Source: a virus (lineage: Duplodnaviria > Caudoviricetes). Taken from it: a stretch of DNA of 64,000 nt. A program made the translations under genes and the position numbers. The stretch covers positions 1 through 64,000 of the IMG/VR virus record IMGVR_UViG_3300027808_002667. One strand, written 5' to 3'. The notes under the pieces are model-generated. The model was given only the letters and a program-made list of their open reading frames with translations, did not search any database and was not told the origin of the DNA. This document shows, in pieces, positions 38,646 through 47,799 of this stretch. Each line of letters starts with the position of its first letter. Within the stretch, counting starts at the first letter, position 1.

Positions 38646-39931
38646 GCAAATAAGTCCTCAAGTGTTGAAGGGGCGACTTCGCTAACAGGCTCTGAATCCA
38701 TAAACCTGCCAACATTCTTTTCCCAATAAAGAAAATCATCAGTATTTTTTACATCGAATAATGTCGAATATTCGTTTTCACAATTTTTATCTCTGCAGAA
38801 TCTTAAAAATTCTTCTTTAGAATTCATAAGTGTACTAACATCCAATGTAAAGTTATGTACATTAGTTAAAATAAATGCAAGTCTGGCTCTCATAACATCT
38901 ACAAATTTACCACCATTCTCAAGATATTCACCTACAGAAATATTCATTAATTTATGATATTGTTCTGCAGTATATTCTGTACCACATACCGCATTAATTT
39001 CCGCGACAACTGTTCTATAGATATTTGAAAATGGTCTTCCCATTTTTACAGATGAGCCACCATAGTCACCAGGATTCTTTTTCTTGCTATGTGAGAAATA
39101 AAACAATCCATTATCTAAAGACATAGAATGAGTAGTTGAATCATATGAAATATCAATGCCATCATATAAGCCAGTTTGACTAAATAACAAATATGGCAAG
39201 ATACGCTTTAACGCACCAACGCCCAATACGTGTAAATGAAATGGTCTTTCAAATGGCACAGCATTAACAAAGAACGCTCGCTTAACATCTTCAAGTGGCC
39301 CCATACCCAAGGCAGCTGATCCCATAGCTACACCGCCAATACGATGATGTAAATCTTTTGGAATTTCATCAAGCATTGCCTCGCCCCACAATTTGTAGGT
39401 ATCTTGGCCTGACCCCTGAATAATAACAAAAGGTCTGCAAGAACTTTTCATATCATCAAATCTTTGAATTTGTTCTAATACATTTTTGCCAGTTTGCCTA
39501 GCATAGCTCTCAAAATTTTCCATATCTACATATCTACGCTTAGTATCAATTTTAGATGATACTCCAGAAGCAGATGTAGACTTAACAGGAATCTCATCAA
39601 ACGCCATTCCGATATCTGCGTATGTTGCTTGATTCTCAAAAACCTTATTACGAGTTTCAGATGTATTAGGCAGACCTCTAGTAATAATCTGCAACCCACC
39701 AGAGTCAGCATGAATGTTTTTAATTACTGGTCTAAATTTTTGTAATTTTGCACCAAAGTTCTTTTCTGTAAATCCATTATACAATAAAGAAAATTGATGG
39801 TTGTTTTTATTGTGAACAGTTTTGGAAATCATATCTTTAATCATTTCCAATGTCTCTGGGTCATTACATTGTTCTGCACCTAACCTCAGATACGCCGGTC
39901 CTGAAATAACATATTCTAATTGTCTGCTCAT
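38642..39931 (-). CDS. dpdA: tRNA-guanine transglycosylase-fold DNA base-exchange enzyme, DpdA-like
   Basis: ADSGGLQ, AFDEIP, IIQG, GGVAMG, HLHVLGVG, SYDSTTH match TGT motifs; flanked by folE/queE/queD; no Zn-binding Cys cluster. Confidence 0.8.
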   Translation of the reverse strand: MSRQLEYVISGPAYLRLGAEQCNDPETLEMIKDMISKTVHNKNNHQFSLLYNGFTEKNFGAKLQKFRPVIKNIHADSGGLQIITRGLPNTSETRNKVFENQATYADIGMAFDEIPVKSTSASGVSSKIDTKRRYVDMENFESYARQTGKNVLEQIQRFDDMKSSCRPFVIIQGSGQDTYKLWGEAMLDEIPKDLHHRIGGVAMGSAALGMGPLEDVKRAFFVNAVPFERPFHLHVLGVGALKRILPYLLFSQTGLYDGIDISYDSTTHSMSLDNGLFYFSHSKKKNPGDYGGSSVKMGRPFSNIYRTVVAEINAVCGTEYTAEQYHKLMNISVGEYLENGGKFVDVMRARLAFILTNVHNFTLDVSTLMNSKEEFLRFCRDKNCENEYSTLFDVKNTDDFLYWEKNVGRFMDSEPVSEVAPSTLEDLFA

Positions 39932-40830
39932 AAAAATAAACTTTCTAATGAAGACTTTTGTATGTCTCCAGCTTTTTCTGTCAAATTGACTGTAATCTGT
40001 TTTAGCTTAGGGTTCTTTTGCTTGAACATTCTCATCCAAGTTCCCTTTGCCACTGTATCTTGTTTAGGCAAATTCCATATCTCTGATATGAACTTTAATC
40101 CCGATGCTGTTCTTTCCCATCTTTGTTCTGCAGTCATTCCAGTTGACCAAGTAGACTTTTCGGCAGTTGCTTGTTCTTCTTTAAAAATAATATTGTTGCA
40201 GATAAAAACACCCAAACCATTTTGGATAAACTCTATACCAAAATTTTGATCTTCACATGGAATAAGGGTACCATCAGAATTAACGAACTTCTCATCAAAA
40301 TATATTTCTTTATTGTGATGTTTCTTAATATTCTTAACAATCAGAATACTTGTCTTTGTCATAAATGTTGGTCTGAATCTCCATCTAATTATATCACCTT
40401 CAGCGTTTTCTGTCAAGTCTTTTGTGAAAGGCTGATTGGCAGGATTGACAGGCAAGAACATATCTACGTCTGCAAGATTCTCAAATGGAATATTTCTAAA
40501 TGTTTTTACGAATGTATCATTTGCCCCATACTTTTGACCAGTATAAAGGTATGTGTCATTGTCAGCAAAAATGGCATAGTCCTCATCCGAATTATAAAAT
40601 TCTTTCAAAAGGATATTTCTTGCATCACCGGGAGTTAGTACTTTACCTTGATGTTTAATATATTGAACATCTGGTTCATATTGTTCTTCTTTATAATTTT
40701 GCGCAAACACTACAGGTTGAAGATCATTTTTCTTGACCCAATCCAATTGCCGTTTGTGTATTTCGGCACGTCTTGCATTTGTACTGTCAGGTCCGAACCA
40801 TGATATAATATAGCATTTCTCAAACTTCAT
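39928..40830 (-). CDS. GT-A fold glycosyltransferase resembling phage DNA glycosyltransferases
   Basis: ARNILL...YAIFADND (DxD), CEDQNF; C-terminal SSLESLFL. Confidence 0.6.
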   Translation of the reverse strand: MKFEKCYIISWFGPDSTNARRAEIHKRQLDWVKKNDLQPVVFAQNYKEEQYEPDVQYIKHQGKVLTPGDARNILLKEFYNSDEDYAIFADNDTYLYTGQKYGANDTFVKTFRNIPFENLADVDMFLPVNPANQPFTKDLTENAEGDIIRWRFRPTFMTKTSILIVKNIKKHHNKEIYFDEKFVNSDGTLIPCEDQNFGIEFIQNGLGVFICNNIIFKEEQATAEKSTWSTGMTAEQRWERTASGLKFISEIWNLPKQDTVAKGTWMRMFKQKNPKLKQITVNLTEKAGDIQKSSLESLFL

Positions 40831-41340
40831 TTACTCACCTAGCATTTTAATTAAGTGTTTTGTTTGATGCATTGCATCGTCAAGCGCATTATGGTAAACG
40901 CCTTCTCGTTCGTCAGCTGGGATCCAATTGAACAAAGCCTTTACTGTACGATAACATCTGTCATCCCAGCATTTCCAAGGTGGTTCTCTGTTCGTAATAA
41001 AATATGCATTTGATAAAATTGTGTTATCAAAGACAGCACCGTTTCCCCAAACAGGCAAACTCTTAGGCCCAAACCATTCCTCAAAATCATCTAATGCTTG
41101 ATTCAAAGGAATGTTATTGCGAGTAAGTTCTCGCAAAGCTTCTTTATTTTGCTCTGACCACCATTTAATAGTTTCTTTTGAGACATGCATACCTACATCT
41201 TTGCAGGTTTTAAGATCAATGGTACAATAGAAAGTATCTAAAATTTCTTTACCTTCAAATTTTACTGCACCAATTGAACATATAGCGGCATTTGATCTTG
41301 TTGACATTGTTTCCAAGTCAACCATTATATTAACTGTCAT
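40831..41340 (-). CDS. DEDDh 3'-5' exonuclease
   Basis: [21 protein letters not shown]. Confidence 0.88.
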   Translation of the reverse strand: MTVNIMVDLETMSTRSNAAICSIGAVKFEGKEILDTFYCTIDLKTCKDVGMHVSKETIKWWSEQNKEALRELTRNNIPLNQALDDFEEWFGPKSLPVWGNGAVFDNTILSNAYFITNREPPWKCWDDRCYRTVKALFNWIPADEREGVYHNALDDAMHQTKHLIKMLGE

Positions 41341-42017
41341 TTACATCCTTGTCTTGCAATCTGGTAAAATTCGTTTCTAACTTCTGGGTGATTTTTAAAT
41401 CCACCACCTAGACGAACTGTTACTGTAGAACTACCTGTATCTTCAACGCCTCTAGATTTTACGCAATAGTGTTGTGCATCAATTAATACGGCAACATCTT
41501 CGGTATCAAGAATATATTGTAGTGTGTGAAAAATTTGTTCTGTTAATCGTTCTTGAATCTGTGGTCGTTTGCTAAAATATTCAACAATACGATTAATTTT
41601 AGATAGACCAAGAACTTTGTCTTTTGGCACATATGCAACAGTTGCTAAACCGTCAATAACGACAAAGTGATGCTCACAATTAGATTGTACATTAACATTG
41701 CGTTCAACAACCATTTCATTATATTTCATTTTGTTGTCAACAGTTGTGCATTTAGGGAATGCATCATAATCGAGACCCCAAAAGATTTCGTTAACATACA
41801 TTTTGGCAACACGCTTAGGTGTTTCCATCAAACTATCGTCATTTAGATCGAGTCCCAACACTTGCATAATATATGAAAAGCTTTTTTCAATTTCTGCAAT
41901 TTTATCTTTGCGATCCATTGATACTTTAAATGTCGGTGTTTCCACTCCCATTTTAACTAAGTGTTCGTGAACTTGTTGTCCCAATACTGGGTCTGTTTTT
42001 GTCTTGTTATATGACAT
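41337..42017 (-). CDS. folE: GTP cyclohydrolase I
   Basis: [40 protein letters not shown]. Confidence 0.96.
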   Translation of the reverse strand: MSYNKTKTDPVLGQQVHEHLVKMGVETPTFKVSMDRKDKIAEIEKSFSYIMQVLGLDLNDDSLMETPKRVAKMYVNEIFWGLDYDAFPKCTTVDNKMKYNEMVVERNVNVQSNCEHHFVVIDGLATVAYVPKDKVLGLSKINRIVEYFSKRPQIQERLTEQIFHTLQYILDTEDVAVLIDAQHYCVKSRGVEDTGSSTVTVRLGGGFKNHPEVRNEFYQIARQGCK

Positions 42018-42077
42018 TTTGAATCCTTCCTAACTCGGATATGATGATTGAAATTTGTTACCTTTGTGTAACACTAT

Positions 42078-42085
42078 TATTTATA
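42078..42085 (-). promoter_or_regulatory. T4-type late promoter TATAAATA upstream of folE
   Basis: Exact consensus. Confidence 0.65.
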
Positions 42086-42934
42086 TTAAGTACCCCAAGC
42101 ATTTTTGAATAATGGGATTTGTAATCTGTCGGAATATCTCCAACCTTTTTTCATTGCCAATTCTGCAACACCACGATTGTTCAATGAATACATTTCTTCT
42201 GTGCCACCACAAGGCATAATATAAACGACGCCGCCAAAACCAAATTTGCGATATTCATTTACTGCTTGTTCTGCTTCTTCGGCATCTTCTTTAGTTGCAA
42301 CTACAAATTTAAGGTATGTATTACCTAACAATTGATATTGTTGAATAACTTCTGGTCTAATTGCATCCTCCCATTTTTCACCGCTGATTGATAATTTAGG
42401 GGATACTGAAAATGTTATGTTGCCATAGTCTCGACCAAATCTTGTCCACTCCTGAAATAGATATTCATCGAACTCATCAGTTATAAGTTGCGTGCCATTA
42501 GTTTCAAAAGTAAGTTCTTTTAGACTTTGCATCTTTGGATGTTCTAAAAGATCTGGATAAGCTTTTTGCCAACCCAATAAAGGTTCACCGCCAGTAATTA
42601 CCAGATGTTCGTCACGCCATTCCTTGTACGGTAGCGTATCCACAATAGCATCGGCAATCGAATCAGTAGAAAGAACGGGAGACAAATGCTTAAAACGAGG
42701 ATCCCAAGAAGCATAACTATCACAACCCGTAGACACCAAAGGTAACGAACCATATTCTTTATACTTAGAAGGGTCAACATTGTTTGCTTCATTACTAAGT
42801 TCTCCCTTAGGCATCCCAAAGCCAGCACATTTAAAGTTACAACCAAACGTTCTCAAAAACACTGAAGGCACGCCCATATAGCGACCTTCACCCTGTATGC
42901 TATAAAATAATTCTGCAATCTTAATTTTGCTCAT
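42086..42934 (-). CDS. queE: 7-carboxy-7-deazaguanine synthase (radical SAM)
   Basis: ELFYSIQGEG, FLRTFGCNFKC...GCDSY, ITGGEPLL, ETNGT, SVSPK. Confidence 0.88.
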   Translation of the reverse strand: MSKIKIAELFYSIQGEGRYMGVPSVFLRTFGCNFKCAGFGMPKGELSNEANNVDPSKYKEYGSLPLVSTGCDSYASWDPRFKHLSPVLSTDSIADAIVDTLPYKEWRDEHLVITGGEPLLGWQKAYPDLLEHPKMQSLKELTFETNGTQLITDEFDEYLFQEWTRFGRDYGNITFSVSPKLSISGEKWEDAIRPEVIQQYQLLGNTYLKFVVATKEDAEEAEQAVNEYRKFGFGGVVYIMPCGGTEEMYSLNNRGVAELAMKKGWRYSDRLQIPLFKNAWGT

Positions 42935-43211
42935 ATTCACTTCCAAAAATAGTAGACCATTTTTTTAATTTGGCAATTTTATTATCAGCGGCAATACTTA
43001 CTTGTTCGCTATCTACAAGATCAAATGTAATACATAAGTCAATCATGGCTTGTAGATCACCCAACTCTTCGGCTAGATGTTCTCTGTTTGTTTTTGGTTT
43101 GCCGGGTTTAAAATTGTCAATACCAAAGCGGTCGCATTTGCTAACTGCTTGTATAACTTCAGCACATTCTTCTTGTAGAATGTTCAATATTTCTTTGGTT
43201 TTTGTAATCAT
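42921..43211 (-). CDS. MazG-like nucleotide pyrophosphohydrolase
   Basis: LQEECAEVIQAVSK...LAEELGDL. Confidence 0.75.
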   Translation of the reverse strand: MITKTKEILNILQEECAEVIQAVSKCDRFGIDNFKPGKPKTNREHLAEELGDLQAMIDLCITFDLVDSEQVSIAADNKIAKLKKWSTIFGSEYEQN

Positions 43212-43228
43212 AACAAATTATATGACAT

Positions 43229-43849
43229 TTAGTCAGTAATGTCAATTGTGGGATTGTCCTTTTCAGCAGCAGCTTTCTTTTTGCGAGTTTTTGTCTCAGA
43301 TGCCGTTTCTCGTTTTTCCGGATCTATTGTGTCCAATTGCTTTTTCAAATAATCAATCAAATGACGGCCTGCTTCTGAATCTTCTGCATTTTGAATAATA
43401 GAATCAATGTCCATATTCTCCATGAGTTTATATTTCGTTGCCTGTTGTTTCTTTTCTTTTTGAATTCTGCGAATAAAGGCAAAGTAAATAATTTGAGTAT
43501 AATAGGCAAAGGGATTAGATGATTTTGTGGGATCAAATTTTGCAACAGCAGTTAGGCAATTTTCAATGCCGTCTGAAACCATATCATCTCTAAATGTGTA
43601 ATTGATAAAATTAGATTTATAAGATAAGTGTGTTGCAATTTTAATAAAACATTCACCTATGTATCGAGGTACTCGAGTCGGTTCCTCTCCTACAGCTTTG
43701 GCTTTGTCTAATGATTCTTTATATTCTATAAGAGCAGCAAGAAACTGTTTGTTGTTTACATAATGAGCAGGGGCCTTAATGGAGGGTTCTTCTAGTTCCT
43801 CGATTAATTCTAATATCTCGCTCTCCGGTGTCGTCGTTGTTTTCGTCAT
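43229..43849 (-). CDS. gp55: Late-transcription sigma factor
   Basis: HYVNNKQF, YIGECFIKIA, DMVSDGIENC, NPFAYYTQIIYFAFIRRIQKEKKQ. Confidence 0.93.
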   Translation of the reverse strand: MTKTTTTPESEILELIEELEEPSIKAPAHYVNNKQFLAALIEYKESLDKAKAVGEEPTRVPRYIGECFIKIATHLSYKSNFINYTFRDDMVSDGIENCLTAVAKFDPTKSSNPFAYYTQIIYFAFIRRIQKEKKQQATKYKLMENMDIDSIIQNAEDSEAGRHLIDYLKKQLDTIDPEKRETASETKTRKKKAAAEKDNPTIDITD

Positions 43850-44258
43850 TCACATCTCCTAAAGATTGTTCAAATTTTTCAAATAATTCTTCAATAATTC
43901 CATCATCTGTTTCTTCAGCGTCATCGCTTTCATCATACAGCTCGTCTTGGTTGTCTCTACACATTATATACTCTAAGTAGTTATTTTTCAAGCTTTCTTT
44001 GATATTTGTAGCAACTACAATTTGATGTACAGGTATTTCATATACGTTTTCCTCAGAGAAACTGAATAAAGGAAACAATACGTATGATTCGATTAACACA
44101 CCATCTCTAGGCAATCGTAACATATTTAAGATTACTGGGTCTGATACACTAATGATGCGTTTGCCTGTCAATTGTTTGCAATCATCTGTTGTTTTGCAGA
44201 TTATGCTATCGCCAGATGTGAGGCGTAAGAATTTGTAATTTACTTTTTCTTCTTCCAT
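43776..44258 (-). CDS. Conserved T4-like hypothetical protein with acidic tail
   Basis: LRLTSGDSII; lies between uvsW and gp55. Confidence 0.7.
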   Translation of the reverse strand: MEEEKVNYKFLRLTSGDSIICKTTDDCKQLTGKRIISVSDPVILNMLRLPRDGVLIESYVLFPLFSFSEENVYEIPVHQIVVATNIKESLKNNYLEYIMCRDNQDELYDESDDAEETDDGIIEELFEKFEQSLGDVNDENNDDTGERDIRINRGTRRTLH

Positions 44259-45739
44259 TATAATGATACCTTTACTAATTTATAGTTAAAATGCTCATCA
44301 TTATAAATTTTTATTCGTTCAATCATATGTAATAATGTATAATTCTTTTTAGATTTCCATGTTAAATCATCTGCAATATCATATAGTTTACACGATGTTT
44401 TACTTTCACTTGTTCTTAAACCTCGGCCAATAGATTGTAAATTTCTTACTCTCGATTTTGAAGGTGACGCAAAAATAATATTATGCAGGTTTTTAATATT
44501 TATTCCTGTAGAGAAAGTACCATAGCTAGCAACAATAATTGCATCAGTTTCTGTTTCAGTAATTCTACGAATATCTTCACGCTGCTCAGTATCAGTTCCA
44601 CCATAAACAAAAAACACTTTTCGATTGTCCGCCTTTTCTTTAATCATATCTTTTAAAACTTTGCCATGTTTTTCAACATACTGAAATAATACTAATGTAT
44701 TGCTCGTTTGTTTTATTGCAAGGTTTCTAATAAATTTATTTCTAGCTTCATGCTGAACTAAAAAATCCATTTCATCTTGATACGATTTTCCTTTTTGTGC
44801 CTTTTTAATTTCATCAGAATATTCCAAGATAATATTAAAAATTTCTAAGTCGGCAAGTGTTTTATCGTTAATTAATTTCTTAGTTGTTGTGACTTTATAA
44901 ACTGGCCCAAACAATCCTTCTAGAACTAATTTATGGGTATGAGTACCATCCAATGTCCCCGTTGTCCCAACTCTGTATGGAGTGGTAGTACATTTATTTA
45001 GTATGCTTGTTAATGACTTTGCTTTAAATAAATGAGCTTCGTCACCATAAATTGCTTTAAAATCTACAAAGAACTGTTTGGGCAATTTATAAATTGATTG
45101 CCAAGTACTAATGACAATATCATATTCATTAGATTTTTCGTGACCACCATAAATGCGATGGCAATGTTCTGAAGCTTTCCAGCCATTCAAACAAGAATAA
45201 TCTTGAAAATCCGAATACATCTGTTCAACTAAAGAAGTCGTTGGAACAAGTATTAATTGTCTACGACCAACTCGCTCATGCCATCTGATTAAACAGTAAA
45301 TGATAAGAGATTTACCCGACCCCGTAGGGGACAATAATAATCTCCTGCCATCTTTAATTGCTTGAAATACCGCATCAAATTGATAATCCCTAATTTGTAT
45401 AGGTTTACCTTTTGAACCAACATTTAGATCTTCGCAAAACTTTCTAACTATGTCGTAAGTAACTGCATCGTTTTCTTCTACATAATTGGAATAATCAATA
45501 ACATAATCTCGTTCTTCACAGAATCGTTCTAGGTAACTTTTTAATCCAACATATAATTCTTGTGTGAACATAGAGTAAAGTCTTACTTTACCATCCCACA
45601 TACGAGATTTATAAAGAGGATGAAACTTAGCACCAGGAACGTCAAAAGAAAAATGATCGTTTAACTCTTGACCTATTGAAGGCTCACATCTTACTTTTAA
45701 ATATGCTTCGTCTTTTTTCGATAATTCGATATCTGCCAT
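44258..45739 (-). CDS. uvsW: SF2 DNA helicase
   Basis: SPTGSGKS, GDEAH, GTTGT, ASYGTFSTG, QSIGRGLR. Confidence 0.95.
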   Translation of the reverse strand: MADIELSKKDEAYLKVRCEPSIGQELNDHFSFDVPGAKFHPLYKSRMWDGKVRLYSMFTQELYVGLKSYLERFCEERDYVIDYSNYVEENDAVTYDIVRKFCEDLNVGSKGKPIQIRDYQFDAVFQAIKDGRRLLLSPTGSGKSLIIYCLIRWHERVGRRQLILVPTTSLVEQMYSDFQDYSCLNGWKASEHCHRIYGGHEKSNEYDIVISTWQSIYKLPKQFFVDFKAIYGDEAHLFKAKSLTSILNKCTTTPYRVGTTGTLDGTHTHKLVLEGLFGPVYKVTTTKKLINDKTLADLEIFNIILEYSDEIKKAQKGKSYQDEMDFLVQHEARNKFIRNLAIKQTSNTLVLFQYVEKHGKVLKDMIKEKADNRKVFFVYGGTDTEQREDIRRITETETDAIIVASYGTFSTGINIKNLHNIIFASPSKSRVRNLQSIGRGLRTSESKTSCKLYDIADDLTWKSKKNYTLLHMIERIKIYNDEHFNYKLVKVSL

Positions 45740-46179
45740 TACATCATGCCGTTGGTAAATTTATTCCATTCAATAGCATTTTTAATATCCCATGTTCTAC
45801 TATTCAAAGAGCGAATGATTTGTTCTAACTGATACATCACTGTTTTAAAGTATTCGACTTTATCTTGATATATTACAAGATCGTAGTCGACAGTTAGAAA
45901 CTCATCCATTTCGTTCTTTAATGGTTTATTGCCTTGCCATTGTTCCCACCCTTCGTCTGTTAATTCTGTTTGTGACATTTCGCCGCGATAATAACGATAT
46001 TTCTTACGGCGACAATTCAAATAATCAGATTCAGCTTTGCGAAGGTTGAGGCGTGTTGAGGTTAGGTAGTTCAAATACTTGGCATGAAGGTTAGGAGTCC
46101 TTGCAGACTCTTGGCCAAGATTCATCTCATTAATCCTACAATCCTCTACCCATGATTCTTGTAGATCGGATAATTTCAT
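45739..46179 (-). CDS. uvsY: Recombination mediator
   Basis: TPNLHAKYL, YYRGE, RTWDIKNAIEW; synteny. Confidence 0.88.
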   Translation of the reverse strand: MKLSDLQESWVEDCRINEMNLGQESARTPNLHAKYLNYLTSTRLNLRKAESDYLNCRRKKYRYYRGEMSQTELTDEGWEQWQGNKPLKNEMDEFLTVDYDLVIYQDKVEYFKTVMYQLEQIIRSLNSRTWDIKNAIEWNKFTNGMM

Positions 46180-46195
46180 AATATAATTTACCTAT

Positions 46196-47089
46196 TTAAC
46201 CAACTTGTATAATTTGCGCAGGATTGCCCTGGAAGTTGAATGAACCGTAGTGGTTCAAGGAGATTGAAGGATCGAGCCAGATTTCTCCGCCGATATCTTG
46301 CCAGCGTCTGCTGAATGTGTAGTCCTCAGACAAATAACGCTTGTCTTTAGGATCAATCATTGTATCGAAGAATGCATAGAAGTGAGGGTTCAATTCTGGA
46401 GGTGTATTCAAATCGTTGTTGTATTTCAACTCTGGATACTTCTCAATCATCTGGTCGATAACTTCACGCTTAATCATCATGAAGCCTGTAGCTCCATCAT
46501 GTAAACGAATTAGACCATTCTCAATTGCAATTTGTTTTGCTTCACGATTTAGGAACTTAAAGTTAATTGCGTAATCGCTACCAAATGATGCAATTGCTTT
46601 GTCATCGATTGGATCGTTCGTTTGTTTAAGGCTTTCACGAATGCGCTGCCAATTAACGCCCTTCTTAGGGTAAGCGCCGACTGCAACATCTTTGTTGTGT
46701 GCAATTAATTTAATAACGTCTTCAACCTGAAATTCAATGTCGGCATCAATAAACATTAAGCGAGTGAAATTGCTTTGTAGAAAATATGCCACAAGAACAT
46801 TACGTGCTCTTGTAACTAAAGATTCATTTGCAATTGTACCAAACGCGATTGGAATTTGATGTTGATTGCAAAATGTTAGTAACCGAATTGTTGATCGGAA
46901 ATACGCTTCCGTTAATTGACCGCCGTAGCATGGGGTCGCAATAAAGATTCTTTCTTTACGAAGAGCATCTAGACTGACTTCTAATTTTTTCTCATTAGGA
47001 GCAGCTGCGCTAGATTGTTGTCCCGCTTTAGGCAAGTTAGGAACAGGGGGCAAAGCCATAGGCGATACTTTTTTAATTTTTTTATCCAT
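46196..47089 (-). CDS. GT-A (GT2-like) glycosyltransferase
   Basis: IATPCYGG, SLVTRARN, MFIDADI, LSEDYTF. Confidence 0.7.
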   Translation of the reverse strand: MDKKIKKVSPMALPPVPNLPKAGQQSSAAAPNEKKLEVSLDALRKERIFIATPCYGGQLTEAYFRSTIRLLTFCNQHQIPIAFGTIANESLVTRARNVLVAYFLQSNFTRLMFIDADIEFQVEDVIKLIAHNKDVAVGAYPKKGVNWQRIRESLKQTNDPIDDKAIASFGSDYAINFKFLNREAKQIAIENGLIRLHDGATGFMMIKREVIDQMIEKYPELKYNNDLNTPPELNPHFYAFFDTMIDPKDKRYLSEDYTFSRRWQDIGGEIWLDPSISLNHYGSFNFQGNPAQIIQVG

Positions 47090-47106
47090 AATAACTCCAA
47101 GTTATA

Positions 47107-47694
47107 TTATAAAGGTTCTACTTCGAAAATAGTATATTTGAACGATGCTATCGCTGTAAAATATTCTACGCTTGCTGACGCAATATCAAAATCTAAGGCT
47201 TGTAGGGACACAGGGAATAGATTTTTAAATATTATATTTACTTTAGGCGTATTTGTCGAGTCGAGAATAGTCAAAGTACCATCCGAGTATGCCAAAACTT
47301 CTTCTTTTCCGCTTGTTTTTGTAACAAACGGGAATCTGCTCGGCCTATTAGTTGTAAATGTTTTGAATTGCGAATAATTGTCAGGAAATCCTAAAGCAAT
47401 TAACCACCTATACATTTCCAAATAATTGGACATATCCTCAGCTATAATGAAACGAATTGTAAATTCACCAAAATTAATTTTGTCACCTATTGTCGGTACA
47501 TCGATAAAAGGCGTTGGTTGTGTAGCAAATCCTAATTGTAAGTCAGGGATGTTTGCTGATTGACAGGTAAAAGATGTCTTAGGCATGTCCTTAATACTAA
47601 ACTTAAATGCGTTCGGTCTTAAGAAATCATTTGTCGTGGGTGTTGAATTTATCCAACTATCTTTTACGACATCAATGTTTGCAGTATAAGCCAT
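47107..47694 (-). CDS. gp3: Tail tube terminator / sheath stabiliser
   Basis: FLRPNAFKF, CQSANIP, FIIAEDMSNYLE; position after gp23. Confidence 0.8.
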   Translation of the reverse strand: MAYTANIDVVKDSWINSTPTTNDFLRPNAFKFSIKDMPKTSFTCQSANIPDLQLGFATQPTPFIDVPTIGDKINFGEFTIRFIIAEDMSNYLEMYRWLIALGFPDNYSQFKTFTTNRPSRFPFVTKTSGKEEVLAYSDGTLTILDSTNTPKVNIIFKNLFPVSLQALDFDIASASVEYFTAIASFKYTIFEVEPL

Positions 47695-47717
47695 CTTTTT
47701 CCTTTATGCTATCTATA

Positions 47718-47725
47718 TATTTATA
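47718..47725 (-). promoter_or_regulatory. T4-type late promoter TATAAATA upstream of gp3
   Basis: Exact consensus. Confidence 0.75.
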
Positions 47726-47749
47726 TAGCCTGTAGTGTGTGCAAAGATT

Positions 47750-47776
47750 AAAAAAGGGGGAATTGCTTCCCCCTTT
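47750..47776 (-). terminator. Rho-independent terminator after gp23
   Basis: 10-bp stem AAAGGGGGAA/TTCCCCCTTT, GCAA loop, U-tract. Confidence 0.85.
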
Positions 47777-47799
47777 AAATCCGATCTTTGCCGGCTTGA

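Noticed and set aside
38642-39931. Call as tRNA-modifying Tgt
   Set aside because: No Zn-binding Cys cluster, has a clamp-type tail and DNA-modification context; DpdA-like fits better, though tRNA activity is not excluded
42086-42934. Call as NrdG or PFL activase
   Set aside because: QueE-type motifs, folE/queD linkage, and no nrdD nearby
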